A DNA stretch of 59,051 bases, counting the filler. It is 2 parts of 2 records of this genome, joined end to end, with 100 filler letters (N's around TTAATTAATTAA, not from the genome) between each part and the next. Parts side by side here need not be neighbours in the genome. Positions count along the whole stretch, not along the records: positions 1 to 31,321 come from SRR20825006_2532; 1 more part is not named here. One strand, written 5' to 3'. The notes below the pieces were generated by a model. It searched no databases. It was not told where the DNA came from and was given only the letters and a program-made list of their open reading frames with translations. Within the stretch, counting starts at the first letter, position 1. Every line of letters starts with the position of its first letter. Below are positions 18,817-28,506 of the stretch, piece by piece. The position numbers were made by a program, and so were the translations under genes.

Positions 18817-20838
18817 TTATCGTTCTATTTTTAGTAATCGCGCATTCACAGCAACAACTACTGTACTTATCGACATCAAACCTGCACCAACAGCTGGATT
18901 AAGAATGATTCCAAACGAAAATAGTACGCCTGCAGCTAAAGGAATTGCGACAACGTTATAGCCTGTAGCCCAGAATAAATTTTGCACCATTTTCTTATAG
19001 GTCGCTTTGGCTAGTGAAATAAGTGCCACAACATCTTTAGGATTACTTTGTGTAAGAATGATGTCTCCAGTTTCTACCGCTACATCAGAGCCCGTTCCGA
19101 TGGCAATTCCAACGTCGGCTTGAGCTAAAGCTGGTGCGTCATTCACGCCATCGCCTGTCATCGCTACTTTTAGCCCTCGTTTCTGAACTTCCCTCACTTT
19201 ATCAGCCTTTTCATTCGGTAATACTTCTGCAAAAAACTCATCTAAACCAAGCTCTTTAGCAACATAGGCAGCGGTTTGTTTATTATCTCCAGTAAGCATA
19301 ATACACTCAATACCCATTTCGTGAAGTTGTTTTATTGCCACTTTGGAATCTTCCCTAATGGTATCTCCCAAGGCTATTGCTCCGTGTAGTTTGTCATCTA
19401 TTATTACAAATACTACCGTCTTTCCTTGCTCCGAAAGTTGTTGATATTGATTGTCTGGTAATTCAATATCATTCTCTCGGAGGTAACCAGGGCTTACTAC
19501 TTTCACCGAAAGTCCTTCTATAGTTCCTTCAATACCTTTTCCGGTGATAGAATTGAAATCATTTACTTCAAATAATGAATCTGCTGAATTAACAATTCCC
19601 TGAGCAATGGGATGCTCGGAGTTTTGTTCTAGTGAAGCTGTGATTTTTAATAATCTGTCTTTGTCATATTCATCAGTAAAATTCAAAACCTCCGTAACTT
19701 CAAAAACACCTTTTGTAAGCGTTCCTGTTTTGTCAAATATTACGGCGCCAATATTCCTAGCTTCTTCAAAAGCTGGTCTATTACGGATTAGAAATCCATT
19801 CTGTGCTGCGAGGTTTGTAGAAACCGCCACTACTAAAGGAACGGCTAACCCAAGTGCATGCGGACAAGTAATTACCATTACAGTTACAGTACGCTCTAGC
19901 GCAAAGACAAAATCTTGAGTGGTAAAGAATGTCCACACAAAAAAAGTAATCGCCCCTGCACCAAGTGCAATGATTGTAAGCCAAAAGGCTGCTCTATTCG
20001 CTAAATCTTGGGTTTTGGATTTACTGTCTTGAGCTTGTTGCACCAAGTTTATGACTTGCGACAGAAAAGAGTCTTTCCCTGTTTTATCAATTTCTATTGT
20101 TAATGAGCCCTCACCATTTACGGCGCCCCCAAGAACCTCATCGCCATCACTTTTTGAAACAGGTTTTGCTTCGCCCGTCATTAGAGATTCGTTCACTGCG
20201 CTTTTCCCTTTAACTACAAATCCATCCGCTGGAATTTTTTCACCGGGTTTAATAAGTACTCGATCTCCAACCTTCAACTCTTCTAGAGCTATGTCTTTGG
20301 TTGTGCCATCTTCCTGAACCAAATGTGCTTCTGAAGGCATCAATTTTGCTAGTTCTTCCAAAGCTTTTGAAGCACTCATTACGGATTTCATTTCGATATA
20401 ATGCCCGATAAGCATAATATCGACCAGCGTAACTAGCTCCCAGAAAAATATTTTCCCTTCCACCGCAAAAACGACCAACATACTGTATGCATACGCTGTT
20501 GTAATAGCGATAGCAATGAGCGTCATCATTCCTGGTTGCTTGTTTTTTAATTCATCTGCAAGCCCCTTAAGAAACGGCCATCCTCCATAGAAGAATACCA
20601 GACTTGAAAGAACTGCTGAAACATAAATATCACCCGTAAAAGACCAACTCTCTCTTAACCCAAGAAAATCCTGAATCATAGGTGAAAGTGCTATTATAGG
20701 AATACTTAAAGCTAAGGAAATCCAAAAGCGCTTTAAGAAATCCTGAGCCATGTGTGCATGATGATTACTATGATCTACATGCTTTTTATCATGGCCAGAG
20801 TGCCCATTTTCGTGATCGTGGTGATGTTCATGTTCCAT
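18817..20838 (-). CDS. copB: Copper-translocating P1B-3 ATPase
   Basis: His-rich N-terminus, TGE, CPHALGL, DKTGTLT, SEHP, GDGVNDAP, YN and MSxST motifs. Confidence 0.93.
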   Translation of the reverse strand: MEHEHHHDHENGHSGHDKKHVDHSNHHAHMAQDFLKRFWISLALSIPIIALSPMIQDFLGLRESWSFTGDIYVSAVLSSLVFFYGGWPFLKGLADELKNKQPGMMTLIAIAITTAYAYSMLVVFAVEGKIFFWELVTLVDIMLIGHYIEMKSVMSASKALEELAKLMPSEAHLVQEDGTTKDIALEELKVGDRVLIKPGEKIPADGFVVKGKSAVNESLMTGEAKPVSKSDGDEVLGGAVNGEGSLTIEIDKTGKDSFLSQVINLVQQAQDSKSKTQDLANRAAFWLTIIALGAGAITFFVWTFFTTQDFVFALERTVTVMVITCPHALGLAVPLVVAVSTNLAAQNGFLIRNRPAFEEARNIGAVIFDKTGTLTKGVFEVTEVLNFTDEYDKDRLLKITASLEQNSEHPIAQGIVNSADSLFEVNDFNSITGKGIEGTIEGLSVKVVSPGYLRENDIELPDNQYQQLSEQGKTVVFVIIDDKLHGAIALGDTIREDSKVAIKQLHEMGIECIMLTGDNKQTAAYVAKELGLDEFFAEVLPNEKADKVREVQKRGLKVAMTGDGVNDAPALAQADVGIAIGTGSDVAVETGDIILTQSNPKDVVALISLAKATYKKMVQNLFWATGYNVVAIPLAAGVLFSFGIILNPAVGAGLMSISTVVVAVNARLLKIER

Positions 20839-20845
20839 AATTCAA

Positions 20846-21364
20846 TCAATTTATAGTTTTAACTGTTGCTCCGCATTTGTGCATTTTCTTACCGAAATAG
20901 GGGTTTCTAATTTCTTCTTTATCACTCATCCATTTAGCGCCTTTACCATCGTTCGCCATTGGACAAAACTGTACAAATAGAGCACTTTTATTGTAGCCCT
21001 GATTTTCAACAGCTTTCAACAGTTCCGTAGTAATTCCTTCTAAAGAACCTCTAAGCTCCCCAATGTTCTTAGCGGAAGATGCTTTTTCTACTGCCATAAG
21101 CATTGTGGAGTGATGAATCTCATGCATTTTTTGATGCTCTTTATGTTCATTCATTTCATTATTAGACCTCACTTCTTTCGTAAAGTTCGAAATGTGATTT
21201 TGAGCTACTTCAAAATTATCGGCAACCAAAGCATCTTTTGCTGCTAGGTATTCAGTTATCAGCGTAGATAAATGGTCATTATGAGCGTGCTCTTTATTCT
21301 CTTGAGCCTGAATAGTAACGGCACTTAGAAATAGTGCTAGTAGTGTAAATATGTACGGTTTCAT
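20846..21364 (-). CDS. Exported DUF3347 metal-binding protein
   Basis: Signal peptide; YL..KDALV; CPMA....GA.W.S....I.NPYFG..M..CG; His-rich. Confidence 0.85.
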   Translation of the reverse strand: MKPYIFTLLALFLSAVTIQAQENKEHAHNDHLSTLITEYLAAKDALVADNFEVAQNHISNFTKEVRSNNEMNEHKEHQKMHEIHHSTMLMAVEKASSAKNIGELRGSLEGITTELLKAVENQGYNKSALFVQFCPMANDGKGAKWMSDKEEIRNPYFGKKMHKCGATVKTIN

Positions 21365-21383
21365 TATATAATTGATTTATAAA

Positions 21384-23207
21384 TTATGATTCGATTTTTA
21401 AAATTGTTTCGCCACAGTTATTCATTTTATCTCCGAAGTATGGATTGGCAATTTCTTCGGTATCACTTAACCAATAGCCGCCTTTCCCGCCGTCTGTCAT
21501 TGGGCAAAACTGCTGATAAACCACTCCATTAATGCCAAAAATTTTAACACTTTCTATAAGCTTTTCTGATAACGAGAGGAATACTGTTCTTTGCTTATCA
21601 ATATTCTTTTCGGCGGCTATCGCAGCTGAGTAGTTATTTAAACTTCCTAATTGCCCCATCCATTGGATGTGTAAATCCCCTTGTACTAAACTCATATCTA
21701 CCGCAGTGAGTTTAGTATTTATTAGCTTCGCCGCCCGCATTGCAGCTTCGGGATTGGTTTGATTGAGTGCATCTTTAAGTTCCAAATATTCGTCAACTAC
21801 TCCGGTTAACTGTTGTTTAAATTCTACAGGAACAGATTCCGCGTCCAACTTCCTAGTATTTCCCTTTTCCTTGGATGTAGATTTAGAAACCACGTCAGCT
21901 TTCATTTCGTCAGTCATGATATGACCTTCATGCCCCGTTCTATTTGCTCCCGTGCCTGGGGTTCTGTTCATCATGCTAAGCTTGTCGGCAAGTTGGGCAG
22001 CACTGTCAATTTTAAAGGTTCCATGTTTCACTACGGTTTCACCGGCTTCTAATCCATCTAATATTTCATAGTAATCGCCGATTCTTTTACCTAGCGTAAC
22101 TTCTCTGGCTTTAAAAGTGGGTTTATCATTTCCCTTCTCTTCTACATAAACGATGGAACGAGTTCCCGTCCACATAACAGCTGACTTTGGAATAAGTAGC
22201 CCCGGAGTAGAGCTTTTATTACCTCGAACTATTCCTTCTGCTAACATTCCTGGTTTCAGATTAAGGTCTTTATTTTGAATGTTCGTTCTAATTTTCACCG
22301 TTCTGGACGAGTTATTAAGAATGGGATCTATAAAATCGATTTTTGAAGTAAAAGTGCGACTAGGTAATGATGGAATCGTAAACGTAATTTCATCTCCTTT
22401 GGAAATACTCCCTAGATCTGACTCATACGCATCAAATTGCACCCAAATAGAGCTAAGTTCGCTTATCTCGTACATCAAATCACCACGTACTAGATGATCA
22501 CCAACCGAAACGAACCTTTTCAAAACATATCCACTCTTATGTGCATGGATATCAATATTAGAATCAGGAGTTCCGTTTGCTAAAATCTCATCAATTTGAG
22601 CTGGTGGAATTTTCCAATTCATCAGTTTCTTTCTTGCCGCTTGATATAACATGGGGTTACTATCTTTAGCCGCGTAGGCTTCAAAAAGTTCCTTTTGAGC
22701 GGTATATAACTCTGGCGAGTACACCCGAGCCACTTTTGCTCCTTTGGTTATATAATCTCCAGTAAAATTAACATATAGCTGCTCCACTCTACCATGAAAA
22801 TGCGCCGGAATCTGTGCAATTTCACGTTCATCAATTACTACTTTTCCTGGTAAGCGCACTTCGATTGGCGCACTGCTAATACGAACTTCTGTGGTTTCAA
22901 TTTCGGCTAGTTTTAAAGCCGCAAACGACATTGTAATTGCATCTGGATCTTCATTCTCAGAATTATTGTCGTTTACAGGAATGAGATTCATTCCACAAAT
23001 CGGGCAATTTCCTGGCTCATTTTGGCGAACCGATGGATGCATACTACAACTGTATACGAGATTTCCTTCCTCGTCGGTATGCGTTTCCGTTAAGTGCTCA
23101 TCTATGCTTTGCGTGGCTGGTGCTGAGTTTCCAAAGAAAATCGCTCCCAACGTAATGCCAACGAGCCCAATAACTAAATAAATGGAGTATGTTTTTAACT
23201 TTTTCAT
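21384..23207 (-). CDS. cusB: CusB-type RND periplasmic adaptor with N-terminal heavy-metal-binding domain and C-terminal DUF3347
   Basis: YSCSMHP...PGNCPICGMNL; YSPEL; LKPGM; C-terminal CPM...WLS...NPYFG..M..CG. Confidence 0.88.
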   Translation of the reverse strand: MKKLKTYSIYLVIGLVGITLGAIFFGNSAPATQSIDEHLTETHTDEEGNLVYSCSMHPSVRQNEPGNCPICGMNLIPVNDNNSENEDPDAITMSFAALKLAEIETTEVRISSAPIEVRLPGKVVIDEREIAQIPAHFHGRVEQLYVNFTGDYITKGAKVARVYSPELYTAQKELFEAYAAKDSNPMLYQAARKKLMNWKIPPAQIDEILANGTPDSNIDIHAHKSGYVLKRFVSVGDHLVRGDLMYEISELSSIWVQFDAYESDLGSISKGDEITFTIPSLPSRTFTSKIDFIDPILNNSSRTVKIRTNIQNKDLNLKPGMLAEGIVRGNKSSTPGLLIPKSAVMWTGTRSIVYVEEKGNDKPTFKAREVTLGKRIGDYYEILDGLEAGETVVKHGTFKIDSAAQLADKLSMMNRTPGTGANRTGHEGHIMTDEMKADVVSKSTSKEKGNTRKLDAESVPVEFKQQLTGVVDEYLELKDALNQTNPEAAMRAAKLINTKLTAVDMSLVQGDLHIQWMGQLGSLNNYSAAIAAEKNIDKQRTVFLSLSEKLIESVKIFGINGVVYQQFCPMTDGGKGGYWLSDTEEIANPYFGDKMNNCGETILKIES

Positions 23208-23218
23208 AGGTAGATGGT

Positions 23219-24619
23219 TTAGTAATTAATTTCGTTTGGTGAGATGCTGTTTACACCATTTAGATACTGGATATAGCTCATTGCTCTAAATTCATCCGCT
23301 TTGGCTTGATCTCGCTTCAGCTGGTAGTCGAGTAATTTGCGCTGCAATCGTAATATTTCTTCGAACCCAGCATTACTTGTTGAATAGGCATCTGTCAAAA
23401 TTCGGATAGCCTGCTCAATGCGTTGAATCTGTTTCTCATTGTATAATTCAAATCTGCGTTGGGCATCTTTCACATCTCGTTGAGCAGTTAAAAAACTGGT
23501 TTCAAGTTGGTTTTCTAACGCTGTTATATCTTGTTGAACAGAACTCAAATTCAGCTTTGCTTGGCGCACATTGGCGTTGTATTTATTTCTGAAGAGAGGG
23601 ATTCTAAAACTCGCCCGTGCTATTAATGCGTCTTTTCCATTATTCGCTAACCCAACAACATCGGTTCGTTTCCCTGTGGCGATGTAATCAAAGCCGATTC
23701 CAAATCCTGGCTTACCTTCTTTTGCCGCCAGATCAACAGCATTGCTAGAAGCTTCTTTTGTATATCGAAGTTTAGATAAGCTTGGATTCTGAGCTAGCCG
23801 ACTAACTTCAAGGTCTACCGAATTTTCTGAATTATTTAATTCTGATGGTGTTGCTACTTTGTCGTTCGGCTCCATATTTCTCAACTCATTAAACTCTTGA
23901 ATTAAAAGGCTTTTGTTATCCTGAAGGAGAGCAAGTGTTGTTTTCAAATCTTCTTGCTCAATTTGTGCTCTCAGAACATCTACTTGGGAAGTAAGTCCAT
24001 TCTCGTATTGCTGAAGACTCAGTTCAAGCAATGTGTTTATGATGGAAAGATTCCCTTTTACGCTTTCAATATTTCGATCTATCACATACAACTCTCCCCA
24101 AAGTTCTTCCATTTGGTAAAAAAGTCGATTTCTACGTTCCTGAAATTGTTCGAATCTTGCTTTAGCTTCTGCTGTTGAAATAGCGCGATTGTCTGCTAAA
24201 GACCCAAACCAAGGAAACATCTGAGTAACCGAAATCCGAGCTTTTTGTGGCCCCAGACGTGTTTCGATAGGGCTGATGAAATACGCAAAAGCCACTTCTG
24301 GATCTGGTAGTGTTCCTGTTAGCGAACGCTCTTCCAATGCCGAACGATAGTTTAGAAATAAAGCATATAACTCTGGATTATTCTGAGCTGCTTCTTGCTG
24401 ATAGTTTTGAAGGCTTTGGCCGTTTAAATTTGAGATTGAAACCAAGCTCATTAACATAACCAAGCATATAGCTAAAAACCTATTCCTCGGAAGGAAATTT
24501 GCTTTTTTAGCCAACTGATAAGTCTCCCCTTGAGGGGAGATGATTGAATCGGTAGTTCCCGATTTGATCTGAGGGGTGTCGTCCATTCTGTTTTCCATAT
24601 GTTGAAATATTCGTCTCAT
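23219..24619 (-). CDS. TolC/CusC-family outer-membrane efflux protein
   Basis: LPDP, ETRLGPQ, QMFPWFG, IPLF; likely start at 24619 by ATGA overlap with the cusA stop (exact start uncertain). Confidence 0.85.
   Translation of the reverse strand: MRRIFQHMENRMDDTPQIKSGTTDSIISPQGETYQLAKKANFLPRNRFLAICLVMLMSLVSISNLNGQSLQNYQQEAAQNNPELYALFLNYRSALEERSLTGTLPDPEVAFAYFISPIETRLGPQKARISVTQMFPWFGSLADNRAISTAEAKARFEQFQERRNRLFYQMEELWGELYVIDRNIESVKGNLSIINTLLELSLQQYENGLTSQVDVLRAQIEQEDLKTTLALLQDNKSLLIQEFNELRNMEPNDKVATPSELNNSENSVDLEVSRLAQNPSLSKLRYTKEASSNAVDLAAKEGKPGFGIGFDYIATGKRTDVVGLANNGKDALIARASFRIPLFRNKYNANVRQAKLNLSSVQQDITALENQLETSFLTAQRDVKDAQRRFELYNEKQIQRIEQAIRILTDAYSTSNAGFEEILRLQRKLLDYQLKRDQAKADEFRAMSYIQYLNGVNSISPNEINY
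24521..24580. repeat. GC-rich double-hairpin REP-like element in the 5' end of the TolC gene
   Basis: TCTCCCCT-TG-AGGGGAGA perfect inverted repeat, AATCGG/CCGATT stem and GAGGGGTGT end in otherwise AT-rich DNA; only one copy in this window. Confidence 0.5.
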
Positions 24620-27600
24620 TTCAAGCTCCTTTTCAATTGAAATTCTTTCCAAATAGCGTATAAAACGGGCACTACAAACAAGGTTACAATCTGCAACATC
24701 ATCCCCCCAATACTTGGAATAGCCATCGGAACCATAATATCAGAGCCTCGCCCTGTAGAGGTTAAAATTGGAATTAGTGCAAGAATGGTTGTGGCGGTTG
24801 TCATCAGAGTTGGGCGAATACGGCGTGTACTCGCTTCAATAACTGTGGCTCTGATTTCTTCTTTTGTTGTGGGTTTTACTTTCTCAAAAAGCTGATCGAG
24901 ATACGTAGCCATTACCACGCCACCATCCGAAGCAATTCCAAAGAGTGCAATAAAGCCGACCCAAACAGCCACGCTTAAATTCACGGTTCCCATTTGGAAT
25001 AAATCTCTCAAGTTCTGCCCGAAAAGATCGATGTTTAAGAACCACGGTTGTCCGTATAACCAGAGCAATAGAAAGCCGCCTGCCCAAGCCACAAAAATGC
25101 TCGTGAATATCATTCCTGTAGTGGCCGCCGATTTGAACTGGAAATACATAATCAAGAAGATGGCGAAAAGGGCGATGGGCAAAATGATGCCTAATCGTTT
25201 CTCGGCGCGAACTTGATTCTCGTAGTTTCCAGCAAATTTAAAACTAACCCCAGCTGGAACTGTCAACTGACCATTTTCGATGTATTCTGAAATAAGATTT
25301 TGAGCATTTTCTACAACTTCTACTTCCGCAAATCCATCTAGCTTGTCAAAAATAACGAAGCCGATAAGAAAGGTATCTTCACTTTTAATTGCTTGTGGCC
25401 CTTGTCTATACTCGATGCTTGCCAATTGCTCTAGCGGAATTTGCGCTCCCTGTTTTGTGGGAATGAGCATTCGCGCTATTGCTTCGGGACTATCTCGTAA
25501 TTCTCTTGCATAGCGAACTCGAATCGGATAACGCTCTCTTCCTTCCACAGAAGTTGATACTCGTTTTCCTCCAATTCCAACGGTTACAAATTGTTGGGCG
25601 TCCAGTACAGAAAGTCCGTATCTGGCTAATTTTTCTCTATCCCAGTTAATTTCTAGATAGGGCTTTCCCACTATTCGATCCGCGAAAATAGAAGGAGTAT
25701 TAACTCCGCGAACATCTTTCAAAACTTCCTCAAGTTGGAGCCCAAATTTTTCAATCGTTTCTAAGCTGGAGCCTTTAACTTTAATTCCCATTGGCGCCCG
25801 CATTCCCGATTGAAGCATCACTAATCGTGTTTGAATAGGCTGCAGTTTTGGAGCAGATGTTGTGCCTAAAAGCTTAGATGCGGCCACAATTTCATTCCAG
25901 ATATCATCGGGAGAATGGATGTGATCTCGCCATTGGCGGAAATACTCTCCTTTTGCATCCGGTATGAGATTTTCGTTTTCATCACGAACAAAATTTTCGT
26001 CGTCATCAACCTTAAAGCGAACTCTTCGTCCGTTTTCATCGGTTTTGTATTCTGATTTGTAGATAACCACATTCTCGAACATGGAAATTGGAGCGGGGTC
26101 GAGTGCGGATTCCGTTCGTCCCATTTTACCAACTACGGTTTCTACTTCGGGGATGGAAGCCACAGACATGTCAATTTTCTGCATCACGTCTTTAGCTTCT
26201 TCTATTCCTGCATGAGGCATCGTTGTTGGCATCAGCAAAAATGCGCCTTCATCTAAAGCAGGCATAAACTCTTTCCCTAAACCTGGAAAAGTATGTGATG
26301 TGGCGCTCCAAACACTGGTTGTTTTAATATCCCAACCAACACTTTCAAAGCTTCTTTCCACAAAACCGAACACTCTCGAAAAACCTAGCCAAATAACTAT
26401 TCCGAATAAAACCAGAAACGATGGAATAGATAGAAACGCAATTTTATGATCTAGACACCAAGATATGAGATTATGGTAATAGCGAATAACCAACCAAAAC
26501 ATAGCTAAGATGCTCCCAATCAGAATTATTACGAAAAACAGATTCCAGATTAGCGCAACACTTGGTCCAAGTGGCAACCAGTATTGCGTAAGTAACCAAG
26601 TAACTATTATTACGCTGAGTAGGTTGTTATAAAAGGACGTTTTTTGAATCTGCTTATGTTGGAAGAAAACGGGTGCACCATTAATTATTCCAAAACCGAG
26701 TAATGCTAGCCCGGCCCAAACAGGTCCAACAAATAAAACAACGATTCCCGCCAGAACTAGTAAAGCATTCCAGATTAACTTCACAATTCGGTTGCTGATT
26801 TTTATTGAAAATACCCAATGTGCAAAAGGTGGAATTAGCGTTATTGAAATGATAATGGAAGCTATGAGCGCGAATGTTTTAGTGTAAGCAAGCGGCTTAA
26901 AAAGTTTACCTTCGGCAGCAATCATGGTAAATACTGGCAAGAAACTTACAATAGTTGTAGAAACGGCTGTAATTACTGCTGATGCAACTTCCGTTGTGGC
27001 GTTGTAAATAACTTCTAGTAGTGAATCGCCTTCAGCTTTTTCTTCCATATGCCTGAGCATATTTTCCGAAAGGATTACCCCCATATCCACAATAGTTCCT
27101 ATAGCGATGGCTATCCCCGAAAGCGCTACAATATTGGCGTCAACTCCAGCATATTTCATCGCGATGAATGTCATGAGTACCGCTACTGGTAACATTCCTG
27201 CAATCAGAAACGACGTTCTTAGATTCATTACCATCACTACAATCACAATAATGGTAATCAGGATTTCGAGCGTCAGTGCTTCTTCTAGTGTACCTAGTGT
27301 TTCGGCAATCAATTCTGAGCGATCATAAAACGGTACAATCGTAACTTTTGAAGTGCTTCCGTTTGCCAATTTTTTAGAAGGCAATCCTGTTGAAAGCTCA
27401 GCGATTTTCTCTTTAATGTTGTTTATCACTTCTTGTGGATTTGCGCCTTGCCTTGCCACCACCACTGCGCCTACCGCATCTGCGCCGGCTTTATCTAGAG
27501 CTCCGCGCCGCATTGCAGGTCCCATGCTTACAAAAGCCACATCTTTAATTCTGATGGGCACATTATTCACCACTTTTACTACGGCTTCTTCTAAATCTTC

Positions 27601-28374
27601 GGTGCTTTTTATATATCCCAATCCACGAACTAAATATTCGGCGTTGTTTAGTTCTATGGTTCTTGCCCCAACTTCGGCATTGCTTTCTCTAACAGCTTGG
27701 TATACTTCGTTTAGGCTAATTCCATACACTTGAAGCGTTGTGGGATTCACATCAACTTGGTATTCTTTTACGTAGCCACCAATAGGTGCAACTTCAGCAA
27801 CTCCGCTGGCTCCAGAAAGAGCGTAGCCCACATAAAAATCTTGGATGCTTCGTAATTCTTGAAGATCCCATCCGCCTGCAGGTTTTCCTTCTTCATTTCG
27901 CCCTTCTAAGGTGTACCAAAAAACTTGCCCAAGTGCGGTGGCATCAGGACCTAGTGCTGGTTGAACATCACTAGGAAGCGTTCCAGCGGGCAACGAATTT
28001 AGCTTTTCGAGAATGCGTGAGCGACTCCAATAAAATTCTACGCCTTCTTCAAAAATCACAAAGATGCTCGAAACGCCTAACATCGAAGTGCTACGAATGG
28101 TTTTAACGCCTGGAACTGTGAGAAGTTGAGTTGTTAATGGATAGGTAATTTGATCTTCCACATCTTGTGGAGATTGCCCAGTCCATTCGGTGTATACAAT
28201 TTGCTGATTCTCTCCCAAATCGGGAATTGCATCAACAGGTACAGGGTCGTTTGGGATGAAACTTAGATTCCAAGCAAACGGTGAGGTCGCTATTCCCCAA
28301 AAAACGAGTGCTAAAAGTAGTAATAGAGCAACTAGCTTGTTCTCTAAAAAGAAGCGAATAATTTTATTAAGCAT
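24616..28374 (-). CDS. cusA: CusA-type Cu(I)/Ag(I) heavy-metal efflux RND permease
   Basis: DAIPDLGENQ, GPDATALG, AIAIGTIVD; Met triad equivalents LLMPT, PISMFE, RLVMLQ; RIRPTLMT. Confidence 0.92.
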   Translation of the reverse strand: MLNKIIRFFLENKLVALLLLLALVFWGIATSPFAWNLSFIPNDPVPVDAIPDLGENQQIVYTEWTGQSPQDVEDQITYPLTTQLLTVPGVKTIRSTSMLGVSSIFVIFEEGVEFYWSRSRILEKLNSLPAGTLPSDVQPALGPDATALGQVFWYTLEGRNEEGKPAGGWDLQELRSIQDFYVGYALSGASGVAEVAPIGGYVKEYQVDVNPTTLQVYGISLNEVYQAVRESNAEVGARTIELNNAEYLVRGLGYIKSTEDLEEAVVKVVNNVPIRIKDVAFVSMGPAMRRGALDKAGADAVGAVVVARQGANPQEVINNIKEKIAELSTGLPSKKLANGSTSKVTIVPFYDRSELIAETLGTLEEALTLEILITIIVIVVMVMNLRTSFLIAGMLPVAVLMTFIAMKYAGVDANIVALSGIAIAIGTIVDMGVILSENMLRHMEEKAEGDSLLEVIYNATTEVASAVITAVSTTIVSFLPVFTMIAAEGKLFKPLAYTKTFALIASIIISITLIPPFAHWVFSIKISNRIVKLIWNALLVLAGIVVLFVGPVWAGLALLGFGIINGAPVFFQHKQIQKTSFYNNLLSVIIVTWLLTQYWLPLGPSVALIWNLFFVIILIGSILAMFWLVIRYYHNLISWCLDHKIAFLSIPSFLVLFGIVIWLGFSRVFGFVERSFESVGWDIKTTSVWSATSHTFPGLGKEFMPALDEGAFLLMPTTMPHAGIEEAKDVMQKIDMSVASIPEVETVVGKMGRTESALDPAPISMFENVVIYKSEYKTDENGRRVRFKVDDDENFVRDENENLIPDAKGEYFRQWRDHIHSPDDIWNEIVAASKLLGTTSAPKLQPIQTRLVMLQSGMRAPMGIKVKGSSLETIEKFGLQLEEVLKDVRGVNTPSIFADRIVGKPYLEINWDREKLARYGLSVLDAQQFVTVGIGGKRVSTSVEGRERYPIRVRYARELRDSPEAIARMLIPTKQGAQIPLEQLASIEYRQGPQAIKSEDTFLIGFVIFDKLDGFAEVEVVENAQNLISEYIENGQLTVPAGVSFKFAGNYENQVRAEKRLGIILPIALFAIFLIMYFQFKSAATTGMIFTSIFVAWAGGFLLLWLYGQPWFLNIDLFGQNLRDLFQMGTVNLSVAVWVGFIALFGIASDGGVVMATYLDQLFEKVKPTTKEEIRATVIEASTRRIRPTLMTTATTILALIPILTSTGRGSDIMVPMAIPSIGGMMLQIVTLFVVPVLYAIWKEFQLKRSLK

Positions 28375-28385
28375 GATTTACTGAG

Positions 28386-28506
28386 TTAGAAATACTTCGA
28401 TGAACTGCTCGCACAGTTTGATTTATTCTAAAGTTTGGACCGCTAACCCAACTGCGGATTTCTCCCGCTAGGATTGGTTCAAACCGATAAATTCGAAGTG
28501 TTCTAA
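28386..28506 (-). ncRNA. Candidate structured cis-regulatory RNA between the leader ORF and cusA
   Basis: Closing stem UUAGAA.ACUUCGA/UCGAAGU..UUCUAA; long arm capped GGGA-GAAA-UCC; short arm AACUGU-GCGA-GCAGUU; G-U wobbles and GNRA loops only on the mRNA strand; folded by eye. Confidence 0.55.
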
